Part shown: positions 10,282-18,935 of the stretch, one piece after another
How positions within the stretch are numbered: the stretch's first letter is position 1
Layout: every line of letters starts with the position of its first letter
DNA from: a bacterium
Lineage (GTDB): Bacteria; UBA10199; 2-02-FULL-44-16; JAAZCA01
Direction: 5' to 3'
Assembly: GCA_963674695.2 (NCBI GenBank)
Contig: CAXXGI010000001.1
Span: 970,813-1,034,812, forward strand
DNA: 64,000 nt
The notes under the pieces: generated by a model
Told to the model about the DNA's origin: nothing
Database searches by the model: none
The model's input: the letters and a program-made list of their open reading frames with translations, nothing else
Position numbers and translations under genes: made by a program

Positions 10282-11127
10282 TTACTGAATCCCCCACTTG
10301 TCGAGCGTGCCGGGACTGGAATCGTTGACGATGCTATAGGTGACGCCATCTTCCTGCTGGGCCTGTAGCTTCAGAAACTCCTGCGCCGCCGCCCGGCCCT
10401 CGAAGCTCTTCTTGTCCTTCATCAGATCGCGATAGGTCCGCAGCGCTTCCTGGCGATAGGGCTCCGCGCGGATGAGCAGCTCGTCGGGGGCAATCGCGCT
10501 GTTGAACAGCACCCAGCTCCACTTGCGGTGCACAAACCAGACGTCTTCGTTCACGCGCGCCCAGAGGAGTCTGCCCCGACGGTTCCACTCCCCCCTCGGT
10601 CGCCGTTTGAGAAAGGCCTTGATGCGCGGCAGCACCTTGTCGGGATGTCCGCGCACCTCGCGCAGCAGGGTGTAGAAATCGGCCTCGGCCGCCCAGGAGC
10701 TCTTCGGGAAATCGGAGAGGAGGCGACGATACTGCACACCTGTGTAGGGGATGTAGGTGATGGCGTGCTCATAGGCGAACGATCCCGACCCAAAGCGCGC
10801 GTTCAACCCCTGCGCCTCGGCCTGCATGCAGGCGGGCGTGCGCGGCGCGCCCTTGGCCCAATAGCACTTCTTCTCCGCGCGTTCGGTGAGGCCATCCTGC
10901 AGCCGATCGAGCAGGCGCCCACAGAGTGCGAGCGCCTCGGGCGTACGCTTTTTCTCCTTCGGGTGCGCCTGCGCCCAGCGACAGATGAGCTCGGCGGCTT
11001 GCTCCGGCTGCGTCTTCATCAGGGCCTTGCCCTGATCCAGCTCGTCGGCCCCCGCCGGCGCCACCCAGAGAAAGGTGCCCACGAGGAGGCAACACACGAT
11101 GCGAGCGATATCAGTGATCCGTTTCAT
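10282..11127 (-). CDS. Exported TPR/BamD-like hypothetical protein
   Basis: Signal peptide MKRITDIARIVCCLLVGTFLWVAPAGA; LLSDFPKSSWAAEA TPR-type motif; overlaps the nuoA-like stop. Confidence 0.7.
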   Translation of the reverse strand: MKRITDIARIVCCLLVGTFLWVAPAGADELDQGKALMKTQPEQAAELICRWAQAHPKEKKRTPEALALCGRLLDRLQDGLTERAEKKCYWAKGAPRTPACMQAEAQGLNARFGSGSFAYEHAITYIPYTGVQYRRLLSDFPKSSWAAEADFYTLLREVRGHPDKVLPRIKAFLKRRPRGEWNRRGRLLWARVNEDVWFVHRKWSWVLFNSAIAPDELLIRAEPYRQEALRTYRDLMKDKKSFEGRAAAQEFLKLQAQQEDGVTYSIVNDSSPGTLDKWGIQ

Positions 11128-11509
11128 CGATTCCCCCTTCTTCAAAGAGATCATCATCCGTGCGGACCGGACGGGCACCGGCCAGGGCCCGAGGGACACA
11201 GCCGATGGCGACGAGCAGCAGCGCGACAAGGCCCGCGATGAGGACGACGTGGAGCAGGGCCGCTATCGCGTTCTCCCCCTCGGACTGCAGGATGAGCCCC
11301 GAGGCCGCTGGAATGAGCGCCAGGGCGATGAGGCCCAGAAACGCCAAACCCGCAGCGCCCAGCACCGCCGCATCTGTGCGCGGCGAGGGCAGCAGACCCG
11401 GAGCGGGCGACGACGACGCCCGCCGACGGCGCATCCGCACAACAAACACCAGGGCGATGAGCGCCGAAATGACCATCCACACGAAATACGCCAGACCGTT
11501 GGATTCCAT
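11111..11509 (-). CDS. Three-TM membrane protein, probable divergent NuoA
   Basis: 132 aa, 3 hydrophobic segments with a loop after TM1, first gene of the nuo-like cluster; YECG and FDxE motifs absent. Confidence 0.5.
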   Translation of the reverse strand: MESNGLAYFVWMVISALIALVFVVRMRRRRASSSPAPGLLPSPRTDAAVLGAAGLAFLGLIALALIPAASGLILQSEGENAIAALLHVVLIAGLVALLLVAIGCVPRALAGARPVRTDDDLFEEGGIDETDH

Positions 11510-11670
11510 AAAAGTGAAGTGTTGTTCAGAGGTTAACCGTCGCGGCAGTGTACCAGGCACGGCCCGCCATGACAACCCCAACCCGAGCGGCGGCGCCGAC
11601 CTCAACCCCCATTTTCATTGAACTGCCGGTGCGTTTCGGCTACGCCGTCTGAACACCATAAGGGGGTTTT

Positions 11671-14022
11671 TTGTTTCGAACGCGCCACACCATAATCGTC
11701 CTGGGTTTTGCCCTCTTCGCGATGTTCTTCGGGGCAGGAAATCTCATCTTCCCCCCGGCGCTCGGGCGCCTCTTCGGCGATGGGTTCTCCTGGGCGGCGA
11801 TCGGCTTTTTGCTCACGGGCGTGGGCCTCCCGCTCATGGGCGTGATGGCGGTCGCCAAGGCCGAGGGCGGCATCGACCGGATCGCGGCACGCCTCGACCC
11901 TCGAATCGCCAAGCTCCTCTCCATCATCGTCATGCTCGCGATCGGCCCGTTTCTGGCCATCCCGCGCACAGCGGCCACCACCTTTGAGCTCGGCATCGCG
12001 CCCAACCTCCCCTGGCTGGGACTCGCCCCTTTCTCCGTCATCTACTTCGTCGTGGTCCTCTTCTTCGCCCTCAATCCGCTGTCGGTGGTCGATCGGATCG
12101 GAAAGATCCTCACCCCGCTGCTCTTGGCCGCACTCCTGGCCCTGATCTTCAAGGGACTGGCCCACCCCATCGCCGCACCGATCGCGGGCGCCACACCCCA
12201 CCCCTTCGGAACCGGGCTCATCGAGGGGTATCAGACGATGGACCTGATGGGCGCGGTGATCTTCGGCATCATCATCTTGAACGAACTGCGCAGTAAAGGG
12301 GTCTTCGAAAAAAGCCTGCAGATGAAGAGCATCGTGCGCGCGGGGCTCATCTCGGCAGGAGGACTGGCCGTCGTCTACGGGGGGCTGGTCTACCTCGGCG
12401 CCACCACCAGCGCCACCATCGGCGAAATGTCGCGCACCCAGCTGCTGCTCTTCATCGCCCATGAACTCTTCGGCCGCGGCGGCGGCATCGTCCTGGGTCT
12501 GGCCGTCTCGATGGCCTGCCTGACCACCGCCATCGCGCTCACCGTCGTCTGCGGGGAATACTTCAACAAGCTCTCCTTCGGGCGACTGAGCTACCGCACC
12601 GTCTGTCTCGTCGTAGCGGGCTTGAGTCTCGTCTTCGCCAACTTCGGTCTCGAGCAGATCATTGCGCTGGCCGTGCCGCCGTTGGTGGCGCTCTATCCCG
12701 TCGTGATGGTCCTGGTGATCCTCTCGCTCCTGAGCCCGCGCCTTTCCAACCGCAACCTCTGGCGCGGCGCGGTGGCGGGCGCCTTCGCCGCGGGGCTTAT
12801 CAAGGCGATCCACATCGCCCAGATCGGCAACGAGCACGTCGATGCGCTCTTCGATCTGATCCCCTTGACCGACCACGGCCTGGGTTGGGTCCTGCCGACC
12901 GTCGCCCTCGGGTTTGCCGGGTCGCTCATCCGCGAACGCGAGGACGAGCATTTTCGCGTGCTGGTCCTCTGCCCCAGCCAGCTCGAAACCCGCGTGGCGA
13001 TCTATGACGACACCATGCCGGTCTTCGAGTCCCGCGTCCCCCACAACCTGGACCGAGCGATGGATACCTCTGAACGCATTGCGGAGCTGAACTCGCTCAA
13101 GGAACACCTGCGCGATCGCCTCTCGCAGGAACACATCGATCTGTCGACCGTGAATGCCGTGGTCGCGCGCGGAGGATTCGTGCATCCGCTTCCGGGTGGC
13201 GTCTACCGCATCGCCGAACCGATGGTGCGCGATCTGGCCGAACACGCCTGGCGCCACCACCCCTCGAACTGGGGGGCGGCTATCGCCTTCGAGATTGCCA
13301 ACGAAAACGATATCGACGCCTATATCGTCGATCCGGTCGTGGTCGACGAGATGGACGAGATCGCGCACCTGCTCGGGCTGCCCGACATGCGGCGCTCCTC
13401 CATCTTTCACGCCTCCAGCCAGAAGCAAACCGCACGTCGCATCGCCAAGAACCTCTGGAAGAGCTACGACCGCATCAACGTCATCATCGCCCACCTGGGC
13501 GAGGGGACTTCCGTCGGTGCCCACCGCAAGGGGCGCGTGGTCGATGTGAACAACGCCCTCGACGGCGATGGGCCGTTTTCGATGCTCAACGCGGGAAGCC
13601 TCCCCACCGTCGATGTCGTGCGCCTCTGTTTCGAAGAGGGCGCCAGCCAAGAAGCGGTCCTCGCCCGTATCCGCAGTCATGGGGGACTGGCCGCCCACTT
13701 GGGCACGGCCGATGCGGAGGTGATCTGTGCGCGCGTGGCCTCGGGCGATACCAAGGCCTGCGAAGCGATCGAAGCCATGGCCTATCAGACGGCGAAATGG
13801 ATCGGCGCGATGAGCATCCCGCTCGATGGCCGTGTGGATGGCATCGGCATCACGGGCGACCTCGCCGCCTGCCCGGAGCTCACCCGCGCTATCCGCAAAC
13901 GCGTACGTCACCTCGCCCCTGTCTTCATCTTTCCGAACGACTCGGAGACACACGCACTCGTCGGAGGCGTGCTGCGCGCCCTGCGCGGCGAAGAGGAAGT
14001 GCGGGAGTATGAACCGCTGTAA
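11671..14022 (+). CDS. brnQ: Fusion of branched-chain amino acid carrier BrnQ with a butyrate kinase-like domain
   Basis: N-terminal FAMFFGAGNLIFPP, AIPRTAATTFE, GYQTMD, ACLTTAIAL; C-terminal VVARGG, VDPVVVDEM, IFH, DVNNALDGDGPFS, AMAYQTAKWIG. Confidence 0.9.
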   Translation: MFRTRHTIIVLGFALFAMFFGAGNLIFPPALGRLFGDGFSWAAIGFLLTGVGLPLMGVMAVAKAEGGIDRIAARLDPRIAKLLSIIVMLAIGPFLAIPRTAATTFELGIAPNLPWLGLAPFSVIYFVVVLFFALNPLSVVDRIGKILTPLLLAALLALIFKGLAHPIAAPIAGATPHPFGTGLIEGYQTMDLMGAVIFGIIILNELRSKGVFEKSLQMKSIVRAGLISAGGLAVVYGGLVYLGATTSATIGEMSRTQLLLFIAHELFGRGGGIVLGLAVSMACLTTAIALTVVCGEYFNKLSFGRLSYRTVCLVVAGLSLVFANFGLEQIIALAVPPLVALYPVVMVLVILSLLSPRLSNRNLWRGAVAGAFAAGLIKAIHIAQIGNEHVDALFDLIPLTDHGLGWVLPTVALGFAGSLIREREDEHFRVLVLCPSQLETRVAIYDDTMPVFESRVPHNLDRAMDTSERIAELNSLKEHLRDRLSQEHIDLSTVNAVVARGGFVHPLPGGVYRIAEPMVRDLAEHAWRHHPSNWGAAIAFEIANENDIDAYIVDPVVVDEMDEIAHLLGLPDMRRSSIFHASSQKQTARRIAKNLWKSYDRINVIIAHLGEGTSVGAHRKGRVVDVNNALDGDGPFSMLNAGSLPTVDVVRLCFEEGASQEAVLARIRSHGGLAAHLGTADAEVICARVASGDTKACEAIEAMAYQTAKWIGAMSIPLDGRVDGIGITGDLAACPELTRAIRKRVRHLAPVFIFPNDSETHALVGGVLRALRGEEEVREYEPL

Positions 14023-14025
14023 ACA

Positions 14026-14176
14026 GTTCGATGGTCCGACGGTTCGTCGGTTCGTCGGTTACAGCGTTTCAATCCTGTGATAGAGCGTCAAATTCGATCG
14101 AACCATCGAACCATCGAACCATCGAACCATCGAACCATCGAACCATCGAACCATCGAACCATCGAACCATCGAACC
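14026..14176. repeat. (ATCGAACC)x10 preceded by degenerate inverted copies
   Basis: Perfect 80-nt array at 14097-14176; GGTTCG-type inverse units at 14026-14060. Confidence 0.95.
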
Positions 14177-14177
14177 C

Positions 14178-17100
14178 ATGCACACACTCGGCATCGACAT
14201 CGGATCCATCTCGCTCAAACTCGCGCTCATCGACGAGAAGGATGAAGTCTGTTTCAGCCGTTGGCAACGGGTCGCCGGCACGCCGATCCCGGTGCTGCGC
14301 GCGCTGCTTTCCGAACTGATCGCCGAATATCCCGACACCGTCATCGACGCCATCGGCGTGACCGGCAGCGGGCGCGAGCTGATCACAGCACCGCTCGGTG
14401 CCCACTCCGTCAACGAGATCACCGCACAGGCGCGCGCCTGCGCGCTGATCACCCCTGAGGCGCGCACGATCATCGAGATCGGCGGCCAGGATTCGAAACT
14501 CATCATCTTCGAGAATGACGAGAGCCGCGACATCCGCGAGTTCCGCATGAACGAGCTGTGCGCGGCGGGCACCGGCGCTTTTCTCGATCAGCAGGCCGCG
14601 CGCTTGGGCCTTTCCATCGAGCGCTTTGCGCAACAGGCAGCCGATGCGACCGACCCGGTCCCGATCGCCGGTCGATGCGCGGTCTTTGCCAAGACCGACA
14701 TGACCCACCATCAGCAGGAGGGTCGCTCCATCCCGGACATCGTGGCCGGCCTCAACGAAGCGCTCGTGCGCAGCTATCTGGCCGGGCTTGTGCGCGGTGC
14801 CGTACTTCCGCGCCCGATCGCCTTCCAGGGAGGAGTCGCCTCCAACGCCGGACTCGTCTCCGCCTTTCAGCGTCTTCTCGGAATCACCTCCGAGGAATTC
14901 ATCGTCCCGGCGACCCATCGCGTTATGGGCGCCATCGGCGCCGCACACCTCGCTTCGGAGCAGACCATCGACCGAAAGACCACCCCCGAAAACATATTGC
15001 TCGTCGTCGAGGGGATCGAGGAGGGCGAACCCACGGAATCGATCGGCAGACCCATGGAGCCCCTGGTTCCCCTCGCACCACAGCCCATCGCACCAGATTT
15101 TTCCCCCCTCGACCTGGATGGGGCCTACCTGGGAATCGACATCGGATCGGTCTCGGTCAAATTCGTCGTCATCGACCGCACGGGCGTGCGGCACAGCGAC
15201 TATCGTTTCTCCGATGGGCGCCCCTTTGAAACGCTCAGGCCCATGCTCACGGAACTCGCTGAACGCCGCGCGGGACACCCCTTTTCCGGCGTCGGCATCA
15301 CCGGCAGCGGCCGCGAATTCATCGGACGACTCATCGGTGCCGATGTCATTCAGAACGAGATCACCGCGCAGGCAGCAGCAGCGGCATTCCTCTTGCCGAA
15401 CGTGGACACGGTCGTCGAGATCGGCGGACAGGATGCAAAGTTCATGCGATTGACGGGCGATCGCGCCGCACACTTCGCGATGAATCGCGTCTGCGCTGCC
15501 GGCACGGGCGCCTTTCTGCAAGAACAGGCCGCACGTCTGGGAATCGACCTGAAGCAAGATTTTGCACGCGAAGCGTTCGCAAGTTCTGCACCCGCTACGC
15601 TTGGCGAACGCTGTACCGTCTTCATGGAATCGGATCTGGTCTCCCATCAACAACGCGGTGCCAACAAGCGCGACTTAATCGCAGGGCTCGCCCTGAGCGT
15701 GGTGCAAAACTATCTCGATAAAGTTGTTTCCGGTCATCCCTGCGGAGAACGCATCCTCTTTCTCGGCGGAGTGGCGGAAAACCGCGCGGTTGCTGCCGCC
15801 CTTGAGCGCATGATCGGAAAGACGGTCACCACCTCAACCCTGGGAACGATTTCGGGCGCCATCGGTGCAGCGCTCGCGGCATTTCATGCACGGCGCGCCG
15901 AAGCATTCTCCGAGAGCCGCTTTCGCTTTGACGCGCTGGCCGTCGAGATCGAAACCTTCACCTGCGAGGAATGCCCAAACCGCTGTCGCATCATGCGCAT
16001 TCGGGGCGGGCGCGATGAGACCATGGGCGGACGCTGTGGGCGATGGGATGCCTCGGCCGCACCGAAGACGACGCCGGGATTCAACGGCGTCATCGAACGG
16101 TGGAAGGTGATGGAACAGAATCCGTCACACGTGACCCGTGATCGACAAACGCCAGCCGTTCCGTCCACGGTTCACCGTTCACGGTTCACGAAGATCGGCA
16201 TTCCCCGCGCGCTGCTCGCCTTCGACCTTCTGCCCGCCTGGCGCAGCTTCTTCGAAGCACTCGGGTGCGAGATCGTCCTCTCGCCGCCAACGGATGCCAA
16301 ACTCCTGGCCGACGGGATGCGCTCTCTCGTCGTGGAGACCTGCCTCCCCATGAAAGCGTTCTGCGCGCACGTCGACTGGCTCGATCGCAACGGCGACATC
16401 GATTTCCTCTTCGCTCCTTCGATCATCATCACCGAACGCGACCGACATGGACGACACACCACCCATTGCCCGTACATCTTCTCGCTTCCGCAGTTCGCCC
16501 AATCCGCCTGTCATGTGCCGATGCTCAAGCCGGCGATCAATTGGATGCACCATCCGCGCGATGAAGTGCTCGCGATGGAAGATGTTGCACGAACGCTCGG
16601 CCGCTCTCGTCAGGAGGGTCGGTGCGCATGGGAGAAGGCCTGTGCCGTACAGGAGGAAACGCGCGCGCAGCTTCATCGCATCGGCACGGAGCAGCTCGCC
16701 GCTTTGTGCGCGAAAACAACGGACCGCGCTTTTCTGCTCATCGGAAAGGATTACACCCTCGCCGACGGCGCGCTCTCCTCAGACATCGCCACGCTCATCG
16801 CTGATCGGGGCGAGGTCGTTCTCACACAGGACATGTGCATCGATGATTCGGGCCAATACAGCGCGGCCTATGAATCGATGTACTGGCACCATGGCAAGGA
16901 GATCCTCGCTGCCGCCGAGCTCTGTGCGCGCACGCCGAATCTCCATCCGGTCATCATCACGAGCTTTGGGTGTGGGCCGGATTCATTCACGCTGCGCTTT
17001 GTGCGCGACATTCTGAAGAACACGCCGCACCTCGTCCTTGAAGTCGATGAACACAGCTCTGCTGTGGGCATGGCCACGCGCTTCGAGGCGTTCATCGACG

Positions 17101-18332
17101 CCCTGCCGAAAGAGAGGCAACGATCGACCGCGCCCACGCGCAGGGCGATCCGTTATACCAAACCGCCGCAGCGCGTCTATCTCCCCTTCTTTTCCGATCA
17201 CGGGTATGCGTTTGCGGCGGCCATCAAAACCATGGGCCTCGAACCGATACTCACCGATCGTCCGAGCCGAGACGGGGCACGCAAGGGCATGCCGTTTGCA
17301 ACAACGGGCGAGTGTCATCCCTACGTCCTGATGCTCGGCGATTACCTCAAGGCTGCTGAAGAGATGTCCGAGGGAGAAGACGCCTGCTACTTTATGCCGG
17401 AAGCGGGCGCCTGTCGTGTGGGACAGTTCGGTGCACAGATGCGGCTTGCTGCCGAGGATGCGGGCGTGACGCTTCCCATTTTCACGCGCATCCTCGATAT
17501 CGTTCCGGCAGGCTCCCGTCGCAACGCCGTGAAGGCGCTGTCCACCTACTGGGAGATGATGCGCGGAATCGATTTCTATACACAGCTCTACTATGAAACA
17601 CGCGCCCAGGAGACCACCCCGGGGACAGCTGATCGCGCTCACGACGAGGGACTGAAACTCCTCTGGGAATCGATCATGCATGATTCCGCGCAGGAGGGGC
17701 TGATCCTCGCACGCGACCGAATGTGCGCTGTCCCGGTCGACAAGACACAGCAACGCTTCAAGATCGCGGTCACCGGCGACTACTACACGCGCGTCTGCGA
17801 CTTTGCCAATGGAGAGGCTTTCCGCGACATCGAACGCATGGGCGGCATGGTCATGATTCCGCCGACGATGACGGAATTCATCAAATACGATTCCCGCTGG
17901 AAGATCCCTGCGGCCATCCACCACCGCAAAGCGACCGACCTGGTGCAAGCACTCGCGATGCGTGGCATCGTGGACAACCGTGAAGAACGAATGCACAAGC
18001 TCTTTGACGAACACCTCAGTTACAATGTGCCGCTGAACTATGATCGCCACATGAAGCTGATCGAGCCCTACATGGAGCGAAAGTATCCCTCGGCACTCAT
18101 CGGCGCCGTGGCGGTGATCCTCGAACAGATTGAAGCGGGAGCGAGCGGGATCGTTTCGCTCATCACCTTTCACTGCACCTATGGGCTCGTCATCGGCGCG
18201 GTGCTCGCCGAGATCAAGAAGCGCCATCCCCGCATCCCGATCCTCACGCTCATCTTCGAGGGATTGGAGGCCACGCACAACCGCACCCGCCTGGAAGCCT
18301 TCATGGAGCGGGTGAAGAGCCGTAAACGGTGA
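14178..18332 (+). CDS. 2-hydroxyacyl-CoA dehydratase activator-like multidomain protein (2x BcrAD/BadFG ATPase, DUF2229 and dehydratase-like domains)
   Basis: Two GIDIGS/EIGGQD/CAAGTG/RC repeats, CxxCxNxC, IGIPRAL, ETCLPMK, SFGCGPDSF, VDEH, ECHP, TRLEAF. Confidence 0.9.
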   Translation: MHTLGIDIGSISLKLALIDEKDEVCFSRWQRVAGTPIPVLRALLSELIAEYPDTVIDAIGVTGSGRELITAPLGAHSVNEITAQARACALITPEARTIIEIGGQDSKLIIFENDESRDIREFRMNELCAAGTGAFLDQQAARLGLSIERFAQQAADATDPVPIAGRCAVFAKTDMTHHQQEGRSIPDIVAGLNEALVRSYLAGLVRGAVLPRPIAFQGGVASNAGLVSAFQRLLGITSEEFIVPATHRVMGAIGAAHLASEQTIDRKTTPENILLVVEGIEEGEPTESIGRPMEPLVPLAPQPIAPDFSPLDLDGAYLGIDIGSVSVKFVVIDRTGVRHSDYRFSDGRPFETLRPMLTELAERRAGHPFSGVGITGSGREFIGRLIGADVIQNEITAQAAAAAFLLPNVDTVVEIGGQDAKFMRLTGDRAAHFAMNRVCAAGTGAFLQEQAARLGIDLKQDFAREAFASSAPATLGERCTVFMESDLVSHQQRGANKRDLIAGLALSVVQNYLDKVVSGHPCGERILFLGGVAENRAVAAALERMIGKTVTTSTLGTISGAIGAALAAFHARRAEAFSESRFRFDALAVEIETFTCEECPNRCRIMRIRGGRDETMGGRCGRWDASAAPKTTPGFNGVIERWKVMEQNPSHVTRDRQTPAVPSTVHRSRFTKIGIPRALLAFDLLPAWRSFFEALGCEIVLSPPTDAKLLADGMRSLVVETCLPMKAFCAHVDWLDRNGDIDFLFAPSIIITERDRHGRHTTHCPYIFSLPQFAQSACHVPMLKPAINWMHHPRDEVLAMEDVARTLGRSRQEGRCAWEKACAVQEETRAQLHRIGTEQLAALCAKTTDRAFLLIGKDYTLADGALSSDIATLIADRGEVVLTQDMCIDDSGQYSAAYESMYWHHGKEILAAAELCARTPNLHPVIITSFGCGPDSFTLRFVRDILKNTPHLVLEVDEHSSAVGMATRFEAFIDALPKERQRSTAPTRRAIRYTKPPQRVYLPFFSDHGYAFAAAIKTMGLEPILTDRPSRDGARKGMPFATTGECHPYVLMLGDYLKAAEEMSEGEDACYFMPEAGACRVGQFGAQMRLAAEDAGVTLPIFTRILDIVPAGSRRNAVKALSTYWEMMRGIDFYTQLYYETRAQETTPGTADRAHDEGLKLLWESIMHDSAQEGLILARDRMCAVPVDKTQQRFKIAVTGDYYTRVCDFANGEAFRDIERMGGMVMIPPTMTEFIKYDSRWKIPAAIHHRKATDLVQALAMRGIVDNREERMHKLFDEHLSYNVPLNYDRHMKLIEPYMERKYPSALIGAVAVILEQIEAGASGIVSLITFHCTYGLVIGAVLAEIKKRHPRIPILTLIFEGLEATHNRTRLEAFMERVKSRKR

Positions 18333-18432
18333 ACCGTAAACCGTGAACGGCAAGCATCATTGTGTTAGAGTTCACTGTTCACTGTTCACTGTTCACTGTT
18401 CACTGTTCACTGTTCACTGTTCACTGTTCACG
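18322..18432. repeat. (GTTCACT)x8 plus GTTCACG, with upstream inverted units
   Basis: Array at 18370-18432 ends at a GGAGG RBS; GTGAAC/GTAAAC units at 18322-18350. Confidence 0.95.
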
Positions 18433-18440
18433 GAGGCATT

Positions 18441-18851
18441 ATGTTCATCCGCTTTCTCCTCTTCGGTATGCTGGGCATCTTCGCCACGCTCCTCTTCACG
18501 GCGGTGGCGGAATCGGTGGCCAAACGAAAATGGGATTTCACGGGACACGCCTCACTCATCCTCTTTCCGCTCTATGGCCTCATCGCCATTCTCTATCCGC
18601 TCATCGCTTTGCGCCTCGGCGGCGTCCCCTGGTATGTGCGCGGCATCATCTATATGCTCGCCTTCTTCCTCGTTCAGCTCGTTGTCGGATGGGCGCTCAC
18701 GCGCTGGCGGATCTGCCCCTGGAGCTATGCCAAGGGCTGGTCGCTGGCGGGGCTCGTGCGCCTGACCGACGCGCCGATCTGGTTCGTCGCGGGCCTCATC
18801 GTCGAATGGATCTATCCGTTCGTGCAGGGGACTGCCTACAGCCTCTCGTGA
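18441..18851 (+). CDS. Small membrane protein (putative ABC permease/DUF1113-like)
   Basis: RFLLFGMLG...GHASL..FPLYG...CPWSY...LVRL..APIWF. Confidence 0.7.
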   Translation: MFIRFLLFGMLGIFATLLFTAVAESVAKRKWDFTGHASLILFPLYGLIAILYPLIALRLGGVPWYVRGIIYMLAFFLVQLVVGWALTRWRICPWSYAKGWSLAGLVRLTDAPIWFVAGLIVEWIYPFVQGTAYSLS

Positions 18852-18900
18852 GTGACCGTTCGAACTGGCGAGTTTGCGTGTGTCCCTTCTAAATGAACGC

Positions 18901-18926
18901 GCAACTTCTCACCCCCCGCCGCGATA
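18901..18926 (+). promoter_or_regulatory. GCAAC-N16-CGATA putative promoter
   Basis: Recurrent motif with exact 16-nt spacer. Confidence 0.55.
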
Positions 18927-18935
18927 ATGGGGGTG

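Noticed and set aside
2971-11509. nuo-like genes as pseudogenes, or as an Mrp/hydrogenase module
   Set aside because: No frameshifts or internal stops; the order and motifs are nuo-type, and no mrpE/F/G or hydrogenase subunits are present
14097-14176. Tandem arrays as a CRISPR array
   Set aside because: Contiguous 7-8-nt units with no unique spacers and no cas genes
14031-14177. N-terminal extensions such as (IEPSNHRT)n, (SYELRVT)n and (TVHCSLF)n in the ORF track
   Set aside because: They come from reading through intergenic tandem repeats; the true starts lie downstream
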